Part shown: one piece after another, positions 49,278 through 61,247 of the stretch
Position numbering within the stretch: the first letter of the stretch is position 1
Layout: each line of letters opens with the position of its first letter
Assembly (NCBI GenBank): GCA_002269645.1
Contig: NIVC01001374.1
Span: 1-64,000, forward strand
Direction: 5' to 3'
Origin: Macrostomum lignano
Lineage: Eukaryota
DNA length: 64,000 nt
The notes under the pieces: generated by a model
Told to the model about the DNA's origin: nothing
Database searches by the model: none
The model's input: the letters and a program-made list of their open reading frames with translations, nothing else
Translations under genes and position numbers: made by a program

Positions 49278-49356
49278 TAATCCCAGAAAAAAACAAGGCT
49301 TGTTACAAACTTTATTTCTAGTGTTGCAGCACACTGAATGATCTTTTTTGCTTATT
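49278..49356. repeat. 79-bp perfect direct repeat, copy 2
   Basis: Identical to 47640-47718. Confidence 0.9.
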
Positions 49357-49490
49357 ATAATATTATTATAATAAAATATTAAATTAAAACAAAGAATATC
49401 AGTTTTAGCAAAAAAAATATATTTTTAAAGTTTAGTAAAACTTATATTTTAAAAATATATATTCTGAAAAAATTGACATATAAACAACTT

Positions 49491-49759
49491 CATACATGCG
49501 CAACTGCTGGCCGACCTGGCCTATCTGGCCACCATAAATTGTGGTGGACCAGGGGTAAGTCGCAAAAATGCCCAGCCTAAAAATACGGACGTAGTACTAA
49601 TTAGATGACGAGGCTTTTAGCCCTTATAAGACAGTCATAGTTACTCCTGCCGTTTACTCAAAATGCGTTAGGGTTTCTTTCACAGATAAGTCGCATTTTT
49701 GGTCAAAAAGTAAGTCGCATGGCCAGTGTAAATCAGGGGGGGGGGGTTGCGCATGTATG
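49491..49759. mobile_element. 269-bp MITE, 14-bp TIR, 8-bp TSD (P-like or hAT)
   Basis: TIR CATACATGCGCAAC / GTTGCGCATGTATG; TSD AACAACTT (49483-49490 and 49760-49767). Confidence 0.85.
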
Positions 49760-51134
49760 AACAACTTTGGACTTGGCATAAAAAATTATTTTTACACTGG
49801 CATAGAATTTAAAAAAAGTATTTTCTGGTATACCCCTGCCATGATTTGGACTATGGGTAACAAATGCAATATTCATCATTTTCAAAGGATATTATGCAAG
49901 TTTTTTAAACATAAATATTGTGCACATATAAACCTTTTAGACTTGCACAAGTTTGTTAGAAATGTGCACATAAATGTGCAAGTCAGAGCACAAGGAATAT
50001 ATCCAAGATTTTGTACAAAGTTCTATCCTAGTTTAAGCTTATATGAAATGTCAAATTCTGTCAAGGGGTTAGATATGATTATGAATGTAACCACAAAATT
50101 GTGGTTTCATAACACATTTCACTATTGTGACTTATGGAATTTCAACCTATGATTGTGATTTTCTTATTTCTTTGAATTATATTTTTGTAGATTTAAATAA
50201 AGTGGTCTGGTAAAAATGATCAAAGAATATAATAACTTCCTTTTGGTATTTAATTATTAGCTCATTCAAAATGAGACTATGTCACAGAATCCTAGATATA
50301 TAAAATAAAATAAAACCAAGAGCCCTAGGTTAAATACCAATATTCTAAATATAGTGTAGATTACCTAGACATAAATATAAACATATTGAATTCAAAATAA
50401 ATTAAATTATTGCAAAAAATCAACTCAGACATTGTCAGACAACTCTGACAATGAGTCAGACAACTCATTTTAGTGTCATATTTATTAAGGGATTTTGTAA
50501 AATTAATGCATCCCAAAATTTTTGATGTTTTTCACTAATTAAAGGTTGTGATCTTTAACAAAAATGCACAAAGTTTATTACTGTTTTCAAAGATATAAAC
50601 ATTTTACATATAAAACTGCTATTTTTAGTTTCTAGCTTCATCTTGTTTCAGTTTTTAGCTTTATTAGTGATTAGTGATTAGCAAATGATATTGGCAATAA
50701 TTTCCACAATCACAATAATAATCCTACCCAACAAAAACAATATCATGAAATTCTACACATTTACACAATAAAGGTATTTGTCCGACCTCTAATTCTATCA
50801 ATCTATTTTTTAGCAATCTGGTAGACATAGTAAAGTATCCACCCTAAGCTAGTAAGCCATTTCTCCCATTGCAACTGCAAGTTATACAATTGACATCTCA
50901 TGCAAAGAACAATATTGTTTATCACCACTGGCCTATTAACTTAAGTATCTAATCTATAATTTTTGGCTTTGTCTAATTTTGCACAGTGTTTAAACATTTT
51001 TATTTTTTAATATTGTTTACACAATATAACTTAAATTTATTGTGGTAGCTAAAGTTTCTTTCCTTCCTTGAGGTTTGTGGCCTTAGGAGCATTTAGAGTT
51101 AAGAGTGAACAACAATCACTTAACAAGCAAGATG

Positions 51135-51700
51135 GACAGAACTCGGCCTAGGGGGGCAGGCCCAATCTGGCTCAGCCAATGAGAGAGCAATAAGGTGAGA
51201 GGGTCAAAGTCACAGACAGAACTTGGCCTAGGGGGGGGCAGGCCCAATCTGGCTCAGCCAATGAGAGAGCAATCAGGTGAGAGGGTCAAAGTCACAGACA
51301 GAACTCGGCCTAGGGGGGGGGGCAGGCCCAATCTGGCTCAGCCAATGAGAGAGCAGTAAGGAGAGTGGTCAGAGTCACAGACAGAACTCGGCCTAGGGGG
51401 GCGGGCAGGCCCAATCTGGCTCAGCCAATGAGAGAGCAGTAAGGAGAGTGGTCAAAGTCACAGACAGAACTCGGCCTAGGGGGGCAGGCCCAATCTGGCT
51501 CAGCCAATGAGAGAGCAATAAGGTGAGAGGATCAAAGTCACAGACAGAACTCGGCCTAAGGGGGCCGGCCCAATCTGGCTCAGCCAATGAGAGAGCAATA
51601 AGGTGAGAGGGTCAAAGTCACAGACAGAACTCGGCCTAGGGGGGTGGCCCAATCTGGCTCAGCCAATGAGAGAGCAATAAGGTGAGAGGTCAAAGTCAGA
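51135..51700. repeat. About 80-85-bp tandem array (7 units) with CCAAT boxes, upstream of DNAJA3
   Basis: First period is 80 (51137 to 51217). Each unit has CCCAATCT, AGCCAATGA and a G-run. Confidence 0.9.
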
Positions 51701-52040
51701 CATAAGAGGGAAAGAGGTAAGTCCAACTGTTTATTGGCCTGGCGCGCCACCCCTTCTCTCTCTTGCTTGCAATGCACACGCATTGGATGTGGCTTTTTCA
51801 AGTTTTCCTGCAATCTTCAGTCTTAAATTGATTTCTTATATAAATAACAGAATGAAATTACTCATTTCATGGGTTTGCTTGTTGAAAGCTTCAAAAACGA
51901 AATTATTTTCAAAAAATTTAATATTTTTTACTATGATAAAGAGGAAAAACGCTCATTTTGCTACTGAAAAGAGTAGATAAACGCATTTTTCATATAGCAT
52001 ATCTAGAATTCTGAGCCAATAAATACCAAAAAGCCCACAG

Positions 52041-52385
52041 ATGCGCTCCGCAGTGCCATGGCTTTCATTAATGTGTCGCCGCTCGCTGCGCACATCGTCA
52101 GCGTTGTTCAAACGCGACTATTACGAAGTGCTGGGCCTCGGCCGTCAGGCCGATCAGAAAGATATTAAACGGGCTTATTATCAGCTGGCTAAAAAATATC
52201 ACCCGGATGTTAATAAGAATGATCCAGGCGCGGCTAAGAAGTTCCAGGAAGTGTCTGAGGCCTACGAGGTGCTGTCGGATGAGGCCAAGCGGCGGCAGTA
52301 TGACGCATACGGCATGGCTGGAGGCGGCAGCGGCGGTCCCGGGCAGTCCACATCAGCTAGTGGCCGAAGCAGTGGCGGGTTCCAG
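52041..52385 (+). CDS. DNAJA3: Mitochondrial DnaJ (Tid1), exon 1: targeting peptide and J domain
   Basis: Arg/Ser-rich presequence; DYYEVLG...KKYHPDVN...[13 protein letters not shown]; donor CAG|GTAGCT, phase 0. Confidence 0.92.
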
Positions 52386-52417
52386 GTAGCTTTTGTAGAA
52401 ATTCTTTTTTCTGTGCT

Positions 52418-53200
52418 AGGGATGCTCAACATTCAGGAATTCGGGATGCTCAACATTCAGGAATTCGGGATGCTCAACATTCAGGAATTCGGGATGCTCA
52501 ACATTCAGGAATTCGGGATGCTCAACATTCAGGAATTCGGGATGCTCAACATTCAGGAATTCGGGATGCTCAACATTCAGTAATTCGGGATGCTCAACAT
52601 TCAGGAATTCGGGATGCTCAACATTCAGGAATTCGGGATGCTCAACATTCAGGAATTCGGGATGCTCAACATTCAGTAATTCGGGATGCTCAACATTCAG
52701 GAATTCGGGATGCTCAACATTCAGGAATTCGGGATGCTCAACATTCAGGAATTCGGGATGCTCAACATTCAGTAATTCGGGATGCTCAACATTCAGTAAT
52801 TCGGGATGCTCAACATTCAGGAATTCGGGATGTTCAACGTTCACAGATATGGGATTCTCAGCATTCGGGATTCTTAACATTCAGGGATTTGATACTCTTA
52901 AGTTTTTGGGATCAGTATTCTCGGAGATTTGAGATCAGTATTCTCAAAGATTCGGGATCAGTATTCTCAAAGATTCGAGATCAGTATTCTCAAAGATTCG
53001 GGATCAGTATTCTCAAAGATTCGAGATCAGTATTCTCAAAGATTCGGGATTAGTATTCTCAAAGATTCGGGATCAGTATTCTCAAAGATTCGGGATCAGT
53101 ATTCTCAAAGATTCGAGATTAGTATTCTCAAAGATTCGGGATCAGTATTCTCAAAGATTCGGGATCAGTATTCTCAAAGATTCGGGATCAGTATTCTCAA
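52418..53200. repeat. Intron 1 arrays: 24-bp (GGGATGCTCAACATTCAGGAATTC), then 23-bp (GGGATCAGTATTCTCAAAGATTC)
   Basis: Two adjacent arrays separated by a short degenerate linker. Confidence 0.95.
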
Positions 53201-53241
53201 ATATTCTTCCCACTTGTTGTTCCCGCTGACTCCACCCGCAG

Positions 53242-53545
53242 GGCGGTTTCGAGAGCTACCACGGCTCCATTGATCCCGAAGAGCTGTTTCGTAGAATTTT
53301 TCGCGATGCCGGCTTCGATTTCAGCGGTTTCAACAACAATGACTCGGCAACACAAGGCTTCGCCGAGAGCGTATTCGGCTTCGGGCCGGCTAAAGAGGTG
53401 TCGCTTCGGCTCACCTTTGAGGAGGCCGCCTGCGGCGCTGTCAAGGCTGTACAGGTGAACGCTGTCGGCGACTGTAGAAAGTGTCGCGGTTCTGGCGCTG
53501 AGCCTGGCTCCAGAGTTGTTAACTGTCCGCAGTGCAACGGCACAG
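53242..53545 (+). CDS. DNAJA3: DNAJA3 exon 2 (G/F region, zinc-finger motifs CRKCRGSG and CPQCNGTG)
   Basis: Acceptor CGCAG|GGC; IDPEELFRRIF...LTFEEAACG; donor G|GTGAGC, phase 1. Confidence 0.92.
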
Positions 53546-53644
53546 GTGAGCGCATTCTTTAGGGTAAACGGCTGGAGTAAGTATGAATACTTTAGCAGAA
53601 TAATAGCCTCGTGTTATAGTTTGTGGTTTTTTTATGTTTGTAGA

Positions 53645-54280
53645 ATTGATAGTCTGTGGAATTGCTAGTTTGTGGAATTGCTAGTTTGTGGAATTGCTAG
53701 TTTGTGGAATTGCTAGTCTGTGGAATTGCTAGTCTGTAGAATTGTTAGCTTGTGGAATTGGTAGCTTGTGGAATTGGTAGCTTGTGGAATTGCTAGTTTG
53801 TGGAATTGCTAGTCTGTGGAATTGCTAGTCTGTAGAATTGTTAGCTTGTGGAATTGGTAGCTTGTGGAATTGGTAGCTTGTGGAATTGCTAGTTTGTGGA
53901 ATTGCTAGTTTGTGGAATTGCTAGTTTATGGAATTGCTAGTCTGTGGAATTGCTAGTTTGTGGAATTGCTAGTCTGTGGAATTGCTAGTCTGTAGAATTG
54001 TTAGCTTGTGGAATTGGTAGCTTGTGGAATTGGTAGCTTGTGGAATTGCTAGTTTGTGGAATTGCTAGTTTGTGGAATTGCTAGTTTATGGAATTTCTAG
54101 TTTGTGGAATTGTTAGCTTGTGGAATTGCTAGCTTGTGGAATTGCTAGTTTGTGGAATTGCTAGTTTGTGGAATTGCTAGTTTATGGAATTGCTAGTCTG
54201 GGGAATTGCTAGTTTGTGGAATTGCTAGTTTATGGAATTTCTAGTTTGTGGAATTGCTAGCTTGTGGAATTGCTAGCTTG
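53645..54280. repeat. Intron 2 array, 16-bp (GTGGAATTGCTAGTTT)
   Basis: About 40 units. Confidence 0.95.
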
Positions 54281-54345
54281 TGAAAGCGCCCCAAACAATG
54301 ACTAAAGCAGCACTCGCACCGCTGCAACACAATTGCATTCGGCAG

Positions 54346-54638
54346 GCTACGAGACTCTGTCAACTGGCGCCTTCTACATGCGCTCCACCTGTCGCAGATG
54401 CGGCGGCGCCAGGCGCGCAGCCGCCACGCCGTGCACCGAGTGCGGCGGCAAAGGTCGCACTATTCAACGGCGCAATCTGCAGATTGTTGTGCCCGCCGGG
54501 GTGGAATCTGGCCAGACTCTGCGGGTGCCGCTGAGCGGCGTCGGTGGCGGCTCCACGGAGGAGATTTGGGCTCGAATTGAAGTGACGCCCAGCGATCGGT
54601 TTCGACGCGACCGGGCCGATGTGCATTCGGATGTTGAG
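54346..54638 (+). CDS. DNAJA3: DNAJA3 exon 3 (CRRCGGAR, CTECGGKG, VPAGVESGQTLR)
   Basis: Acceptor GGCAG|GC, phase 1; donor GAG|GTTTGT, phase 0. Confidence 0.92.
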
Positions 54639-54717
54639 GTTTGTTAGCTCTGTGTTGGTGCCTGCTTTGATTTCCCAGATTTGATTCCGCTGGGTGTGGG
54701 ATTGCATAAACACAAAT

Positions 54718-55250
54718 TGAATCCACTGATGAATACACCTGAGGAGGGTAGCGGAATTCACTGATTAATACACCCGAGGAGGGTAGCGGAATCCACTGAT
54801 GAATACACCTGAGGAGGGTAGCGGAATCCACTGATGAATACACCTGAGGAGGGTAGCGTAATCCACTGATGAATACACCTAAGGAGGGTAGCGGAATCCA
54901 CTGATGAATACACTTAAGGAGGGTAGCGGAATCCACTGATTAATACACCTGAGGAGGGTAGCGGAATCCACTGATTAATACACCTGAGGAGGGTAGCGGA
55001 ATCCACTGATGAATACACCTGAGGAGGGTAGCGGAATCCACTGATTAATACACCTGAGGAGGGTAGCGGAATCCACTGATGAATACACCTGAGGAGGGTA
55101 GCGGAATCCACTGATTAATACACCTGAGGAGGGTAGCGGAATCCACTGATGAATACACCTGAGGAGGGTAGCGGAATCCACTGATAATTTCACCTGAGGA
55201 GAGTAGCGGAATCCACTGATTAATACAGTGTACACCTGAGGAGGGTAGCG
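54718..55250. repeat. Intron 3 array, 35-bp (GAATACACCTGAGGAGGGTAGCGGAATCCACTGAT)
   Basis: About 15 units. Confidence 0.95.
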
Positions 55251-55398
55251 GAATCCTAAGCTATTGCAATGGATAGAGTTTGCCATACATAGGACTGCAA
55301 GTAGTCAGAAGGATATCTATCAGATGGCCTATCAATATCTAAAACTGACGCGATGTTTGTTTGTACTATAAGGAGGAAGCATAATTACACTCTTATAG

Positions 55399-55696
55399 GT
55401 GAGCATCAGCCAGGCAGTGCTAGGCGGCACAATCAGTGTCAGAGGTCTCCGTGAACAGCTTAGCGTTAATCTTCCGCCGGGCACCAACTCTCACGATACG
55501 ATTCGCCTGTCTGGCCAGGGCATCGCCCGCATCGGCGGCTACGGCAACGGCGATCATGTTGTGCACGTGAAGATCAAATCGCCTCGCCGGTTGAGTCAGG
55601 AACAGCGCGAACTGCTGCTAAAGTTTGCCCAGCTGGAGGGAGCAAACGATTATCGGGGTGGAACTGTTGACGGGGTGCTGCGGTCTGTCACTGCTG
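55399..55696 (+). CDS. DNAJA3: DNAJA3 exon 4 (C-terminal domain)
   Basis: Acceptor TTATAG|GTG; VSISQAVLGG...GDHVVHVKIKSPRRLSQEQRELL; donor G|GTGAGG, phase 1. Confidence 0.92.
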
Positions 55697-55774
55697 GTGA
55701 GGCTTCTGCTCACTGCAGTCATTGTTGCGTAATTATGTTTTAGGATAGTCAACTTTTTGGAGAAGTTTAGCAGT

Positions 55775-56830
55775 CTACTCATTCCTAAAACCGCCCTGTA
55801 CTCATTCCTAAAACCGCCCTGTACTCATGTCTAAAACCGCCCTGTACTCATGTCTAAAACCGCCCTGTACTCATGTCTAAATCCGCCCTGTACTCATGTC
55901 TAAAACCGCCCTGTACTCATGTCTAAAACCGCCCTGTACTCATTCCTGAAACCGCCCTGTACTCATGTCTAAATCCGCCCTGTACTCATGTCTAAAACCG
56001 CCCTGTACTCATGTCTAAAACCGCCCTGTACTCATGTCTAAAACCGCCCTGTACTCATTCCTAAAACCGCCCTGTACTCATGTCTAAATCCGCCCTGTAC
56101 TCATGTCTAAAACCGCCCTGTACTCATGTCTAAAACCGCCCTGTACTCATTCCTGAAACCGCCCTGTACTCATGTCTAAAACCGCCCTGTACTCATGTCT
56201 AAAACCGCCCTGTACTCATGTCTAAAACCGCCCTGTACTCATGTCTAAAACCGCCCTGTGCTTATGTCTAAAACCGCCCTGTACTCATTCCTAAAACCGC
56301 CCTGTACTCACTCCTTAAACTGCCCTCTACTCACTCCTAAAACCGCCCTCTACTCACTCCTAAAACCGCCATCTACTCACTCCTAAAACCGCCCTCTACT
56401 CACTCCTTAAACTGCCCTCTACTCACTCCTAAAACCGCCCTCTACTCACTCCTAAAACCGCCCTCTACTCACTCCTAAAACCGCCCTCTACTCACTCCTA
56501 AAACCGCCCTCTACTCACTCCTAAAACCGCCCTCTACTCACTCCTAAAACCGCCCTCTACTCACTCCTTAAACTGCCCTCTACTCACTCCTAAAACCGCC
56601 CTCTACTCACTACTAAAAAAGCCCTCTACTCACTCCTAAAACCGCCCTCTACTCACTCCTAAAACCGCCCTCTACTCACTCCTAAAACCGCCCTCTACTC
56701 ACTCCTAAAACCGCCCTCTACTCACTCCTAAAACTGCCCTCTACTCACTCCTAAAACCGCCCTCTACTCACTCCTAAAACCGCCCTCTACTCACTCCTAA
56801 AACCGCCCTCTACTCACTCCTAAAACCGCC
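55775..56830. repeat. Intron 4 array, 23-bp, two variant domains (CTAAAACCGCCCTGTACTCATGT, then CTAAAACCGCCCTCTACTCACTC)
   Basis: Switch near 56300. Confidence 0.95.
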
Positions 56831-56849
56831 CCACATTTCGCCTTTTCAG

Positions 56850-56953
56850 AGCTGCTGAGCACAATACTCAGAGTGCTCGCTGACCGCAAATTGAGCCTAT
56901 TCGACAAACTGAAAGAGATTGGTTGGCACCTGAAGAAAGCTGTATTGGGTTAA
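56850..56953 (+). CDS. DNAJA3: DNAJA3 exon 5 (terminal)
   Basis: Acceptor CCTTTTCAG|AG, phase 1; ELLSTILRVLADRKLSLFDKLKEIGWHLKKAVLG, then TAA. Confidence 0.8.
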
Positions 56954-57259
56954 TGGATTTATTAATGAGAAATTTTGTTAGTAAAAAATATCGTCAGTCT
57001 GCAGTCAAATCAAGCAGTTTTAAAAGATTCTTATCGTCCAGCCGTTTGAATATTATTAATAAATGTTAGATGTGTTCCAGCTCAGTGTCCACCAGCATGC
57101 CTGCTGTTCGTTTGCTTATGCATAGACTTCAATAGTTTTGCTATATATATCCGGAATATGAGCTTTTGTCATAAAGTAAAACTCAACCGCATCTTTGAAT
57201 GATTTGCCATTTTTATAGAGGTACTTGCATTTTGGTTTGGTTGATTTTTTTAACTTTAT

Positions 57260-57840
57260 AGAGAAATTCCTCATGAAATTCCCCCTGTGAGAAAATCCTT
57301 ATTGAGGAATTCCCCCATCATCCCCATTTAAGAAGTTCTCCATCGAGAAAATCCCTGGTTTGCAGAGTTTCCTATTGAAAAAATCTCCATTTGAGAAATT
57401 CCCCATTGAGAAAATCCCCATTGAGAAAATCCCTCATTTGAGAAATTCCCTTTTGAAAAATCCCCGATCTGAGAAACTTCCCATTGAGAAATCCCTATTT
57501 GAGAAATTTCCCGTTGAGAAAATCCCCCATTGAGAAATCCCCTATTTGAGAAATTTCCCATTGAGAAATCCCCTATTTGAGAAATTTCCCATTGAGAAAT
57601 CCCCTATTTGAGAAATTTCCCATTGAGAAATCCCTATTTGAGAAATTTCCCGTTGAGAAAATTCCCTAATTGAGAAATCCCCTATTTGAGAAATTTCCCA
57701 TTGAGAAATCCCTATTTGAGAAATCCCCTAATTGAGAAAATTCCCCATTGAGAAATCCCCTATTTGAGAAATTTCCCATTGAGAAAATCCCTATTGAAAA
57801 AATCTCAGATTTGAGAAATTCCCCATTAAGAATTCCCCGC
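57260..57840. repeat. 15-16-bp degenerate array (GAGAAATCCCCTATTT / GAGAAATTTCCCATT)
   Basis: Intergenic, ending about 65 bp before the ZIP start. Confidence 0.9.
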
Positions 57841-57905
57841 TAAGCATTCACAAATGCAATTCCTGGAGCCTGAGAGCCCTTAGCCGGCCATTGCATCGCC
57901 AATTC

Positions 57906-58626
57906 ATGTTGCACTCCGTGGCCCCAAATTCAACAACGCCGTCGACTTTGTCCGGCGTCGACATCAACGACGATGACACCGGCGACGGCTACGTTACGAT
58001 CAAAGCTATTGGAATCCCTTTGATCTTTGCCGCCAATATAATGGCTGGATTATTGCCGCTAGCGCTCCGGGCTCGGTGCCTTGGAACTGGCACTGCTGGG
58101 TCCAGGGGCGGCGGCGGAAGCCGTCTGCGGGCCTGGATGAGCCCGGCCAGTTGCTTCAGCGCCGGGGTGTTTCTGGCCTCCTGCTTTGTCGGCCTGTTGC
58201 CCTCGGTTCGGGCCAGTTTCCTTCGCCTGTATCCGGGTAGCCACCTGCCGCTCACTGAGCTCAGCTTGATGTCCGGCTTCTTTGCCGTCTGGGCCTTGGA
58301 CCTGTTCGCTCACTGGGCCTGCTCCGGCCATTGCTGCTTTTCCAAAGAGAAGCAGCAGCAAAAGCAACGGCAATTACAATTGCCCGAATGGCGAAAAAGA
58401 CAGCTGCAACGGCAAGCTAACGGCGAACGAATGTCGAACGGTGATCAGCTGATCTCATCGCCGTCTTCAGCTGATTCGTCTTCGGTGTCATTGAGCGGCG
58501 CGGCTCCTCTGCTGGCCGACTCCGGCGACGAGGACGAGAATGACGCTGAGGAGACCGCCTTTGACCGGTCGCACCATCAGCTGCAGCATCACGGCCATCA
58601 CCATCACGACTTCTTCATTGGAGCTG
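57906..58626 (+). CDS. ZIP (SLC39A1-3-like) zinc transporter, exon 1
   Basis: TM1-3 (CFSAGVFLASCFVGLLP; LPLTELSLMSGFF) and His-rich loop HHQLQHHGHHHH; donor G|GTTAGC, phase 1. Confidence 0.88.
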
Positions 58627-58664
58627 GTTAGCTGCCTTTTTTGTACTGATAGATCGACTTTCCT

Positions 58665-59415
58665 CAAGACAGGCTTATATACAGGCTTACAGACAGACTT
58701 TACAGACAGGCTTACAGACAGACCTTACAGACAAGCTTACAGACAGGCTTACAGACACACCTTACGGACAGGCTTACAGACACACCTTACGGACAGGCTT
58801 ACAGACACACCTTACGGACAGGCTTACAGACACACCTTACGGACAGGCTTACAGACACACCTTACGGACAGGCTTACAGACACACCTTACGGACAGGCTT
58901 ACAGACACACCTTACGGACAGGCTTACAGACGGGCTTACAGACAAGCTTACACAGTACAGACATCCTAACAGATAAACCTTACAGACCGGCTTACAGACA
59001 GAACTCACAGACAGACCTACAGACAGACCTTACAGACAGACTTTTACAGACCTTACAGACAGACCTACAGACAGATCTTACAGTCAGACTTTTACAGACA
59101 GGCTTACAGACAGACCTTACAGACAAGCCTACAGACAGACCTTACAGACAGACCTACAGACAGACCTTACAGACAGACTTTTACAGACCTTACAGACAGA
59201 CCTACAGACAGATCTTACAGTCAGACTTTTACAGACAGGCTTACAGACAGACCTTACAGACAAGCCTACAGACAGAACTTAGAGATAGGCCTTACAGACA
59301 GGCTTACAGACATAATTTTACAGACAGACCTACGGACAGACTGTACATACAGGCTTATAGATCGACCTTACAGACAGACCTACAGTGTACAGACAAGCTT
59401 ACAGATAGGACTTAC
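58665..59415. repeat. ZIP intron 1 array (ACAG-rich; 25-bp ACAGGCTTACAGACACACCTTACGG and shorter variants)
   Basis: Fills intron 58627-59457. Confidence 0.9.
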
Positions 59416-59457
59416 AGCCAGCTAGCCGCAAAGCGCGTACTGCATTCCCTCGCCCAG

Positions 59458-59798
59458 ACTCGTCAAGCCCGGCTGCCACAATGAACGCCATCCTGCTGAC
59501 CCTATCAATGGGCGTGCACAGCCTATTAGAAGGCATTGGCGCCGGGGTCAGCCAGTCGGGCGCAACCGTGCTGACCCTGCTAGCCGCTATGCTGATGCAC
59601 GAGTCATTGTGCAGCCTGTCGCTTGGCGTGGCCCTTCTGAGGGGCGGAGCGCCGCCCAGACTGCAGGCTTGCCTTGTTGGCCTGTTCTCCGCGTTAATAC
59701 CTGCCGGCTTAGCGATTGGCTTGGCTATTGAGGCTGGCGTGGGCAGTCAGACTGGAGAATCGGCAATTTCCGCTCACAGAGCAGTGGCGGCGCTTCAG
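59458..59798 (+). CDS. ZIP transporter exon 2 (TM4 HSLLEG, TM5 HESL)
   Basis: Acceptor GCCCAG|AC, phase 1; donor CAG|GTTTGC, phase 0. Confidence 0.9.
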
Positions 59799-59954
59799 GT
59801 TTGCGGCTTGTCTGGGGCATTTTTGTTATTGCTTGTGAACAAGTTTCTACTCTTGAGCTCCATTCCGATTTCTAAAGCTTTACATCCTACTGTACAGTAG
59901 TATCTAGTGATTTCTGCTGCAGTAATTTGAACATAATTTTCTTCTCTTTTAGAC

Positions 59955-61010
59955 TGCCTGAGTCTTCTGTTACTCTTACATGCCACAGACTGTCACTCTT
60001 GCATGCCACAGACTATCACTCTTGTATACCGGGCTGTCACTATTACATGTATGGGCTGTCACTCTTTCATATTGAAACTGTCACTCTTACATGCTGGACT
60101 GTCGCTCTTACATTCTAGACTGTCACTCTTGCATGCCACAGACTGTCACTCTTACATGTTAGGACTGTCACTCTTACATGTTAGGACTGTCACTCTTACA
60201 TGTTAGGATCCTGTCACTCTTACATGTTAGGACTGTCACTCTTACATGTTAGGACTGTCACTCTTACATGTTAGGACTGTCACTCTTACATGTTAGGACT
60301 GTCACTCTTACATGTTAGGACTGTCACTCTTGCATGTTAGGACTGTCACTCTTACATGTTATGACTGTCACTCTTGCATGCCACAGACTGTCCTAACATG
60401 CCGCAGACTGTCACTCTTACATGTTAGGATTGTCACTCTTGCATGCCACAGACTGTCACTCTTGCATATTAGGACTGTCACTCTTACATGTTAGGACTGT
60501 CACTCTTACATGTTAGGATTGTCACTCTTGCATGCCACAGACTGTCACTCTTGCATATTAGGACTGTCACTCTTACATGTTAGGACTGTCACTCTTACAT
60601 GTTAGGACTGTCACTCTTGCATGCCACAGACTGTCACTCTTGCATGCCACAGACTGTCCTTCTAACATGCCGCAGACTGTCACTCTTACATGTTAGGACT
60701 GTCACTCTTGCATGCCACAGACTGTCCTTCTAACATGCCGCAGACTGTCACTCTTACATGTTAGGACTGTCACTCTTGCATGTTAGGACTGTCACTCTTG
60801 CATGCCACAGACTGTCCTTCTAACATGCCGCAGACTGTCACTCTTACATGTTAGGACTGTCACTCTTACATGTTAGGACTGTCACTCTTACATGTTAGGA
60901 CTGTCACTCTTGCATGCCACAGACTGTCCTTCTAACATGCCGCAGACTGTCACTCTTACATGTTAGGACTATCACTCTTGCATGCCACAGACTGTCAACT
61001 CTTACATGCC
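59955..61010. repeat. ZIP intron 2 array, about 22-bp (GACTGTCACTCTTACATGTTAG and variants)
   Basis: Fills intron 59799-61064. Confidence 0.92.
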
Positions 61011-61064
61011 GGACCGTCTCTTTTCCATAACACAGAGCACCCACCCCTCGCACCGAACTCGCAG

Positions 61065-61247
61065 GGCCTGGCCTCGGGCACGTTCGCCTATGTGATATTC
61101 ATAGAACTGCTGCCGCCAGAGCTGGCACCAGCTGGCAATGGCGAAGACGGACGCAGTCGTCAGGGCGTCAAGTTTGCCGCCACTCTGATTGGCTTCTGTT
61201 TGGTGGCGGGCATCTCGCTAGGGTTCGGCCATCGGCACGGGGCCTAG
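61065..61247 (+). CDS. ZIP transporter exon 3 (LQ|GLASGTFAYVIFIELLP)
   Basis: Acceptor TCGCAG|GGC, phase 0; TAG stop. Confidence 0.9.
   Translation, partial: GLASGTFAYVIFIELLPPELAPAGNGEDGRSRQGVKFAATLIGFCLVAGISLGFGHRHGA

Noticed and set aside
49757-50152. 131-aa AT-rich ORF
   Set aside because: It starts in a MITE terminus, composition is non-coding-like, and there are no motifs.
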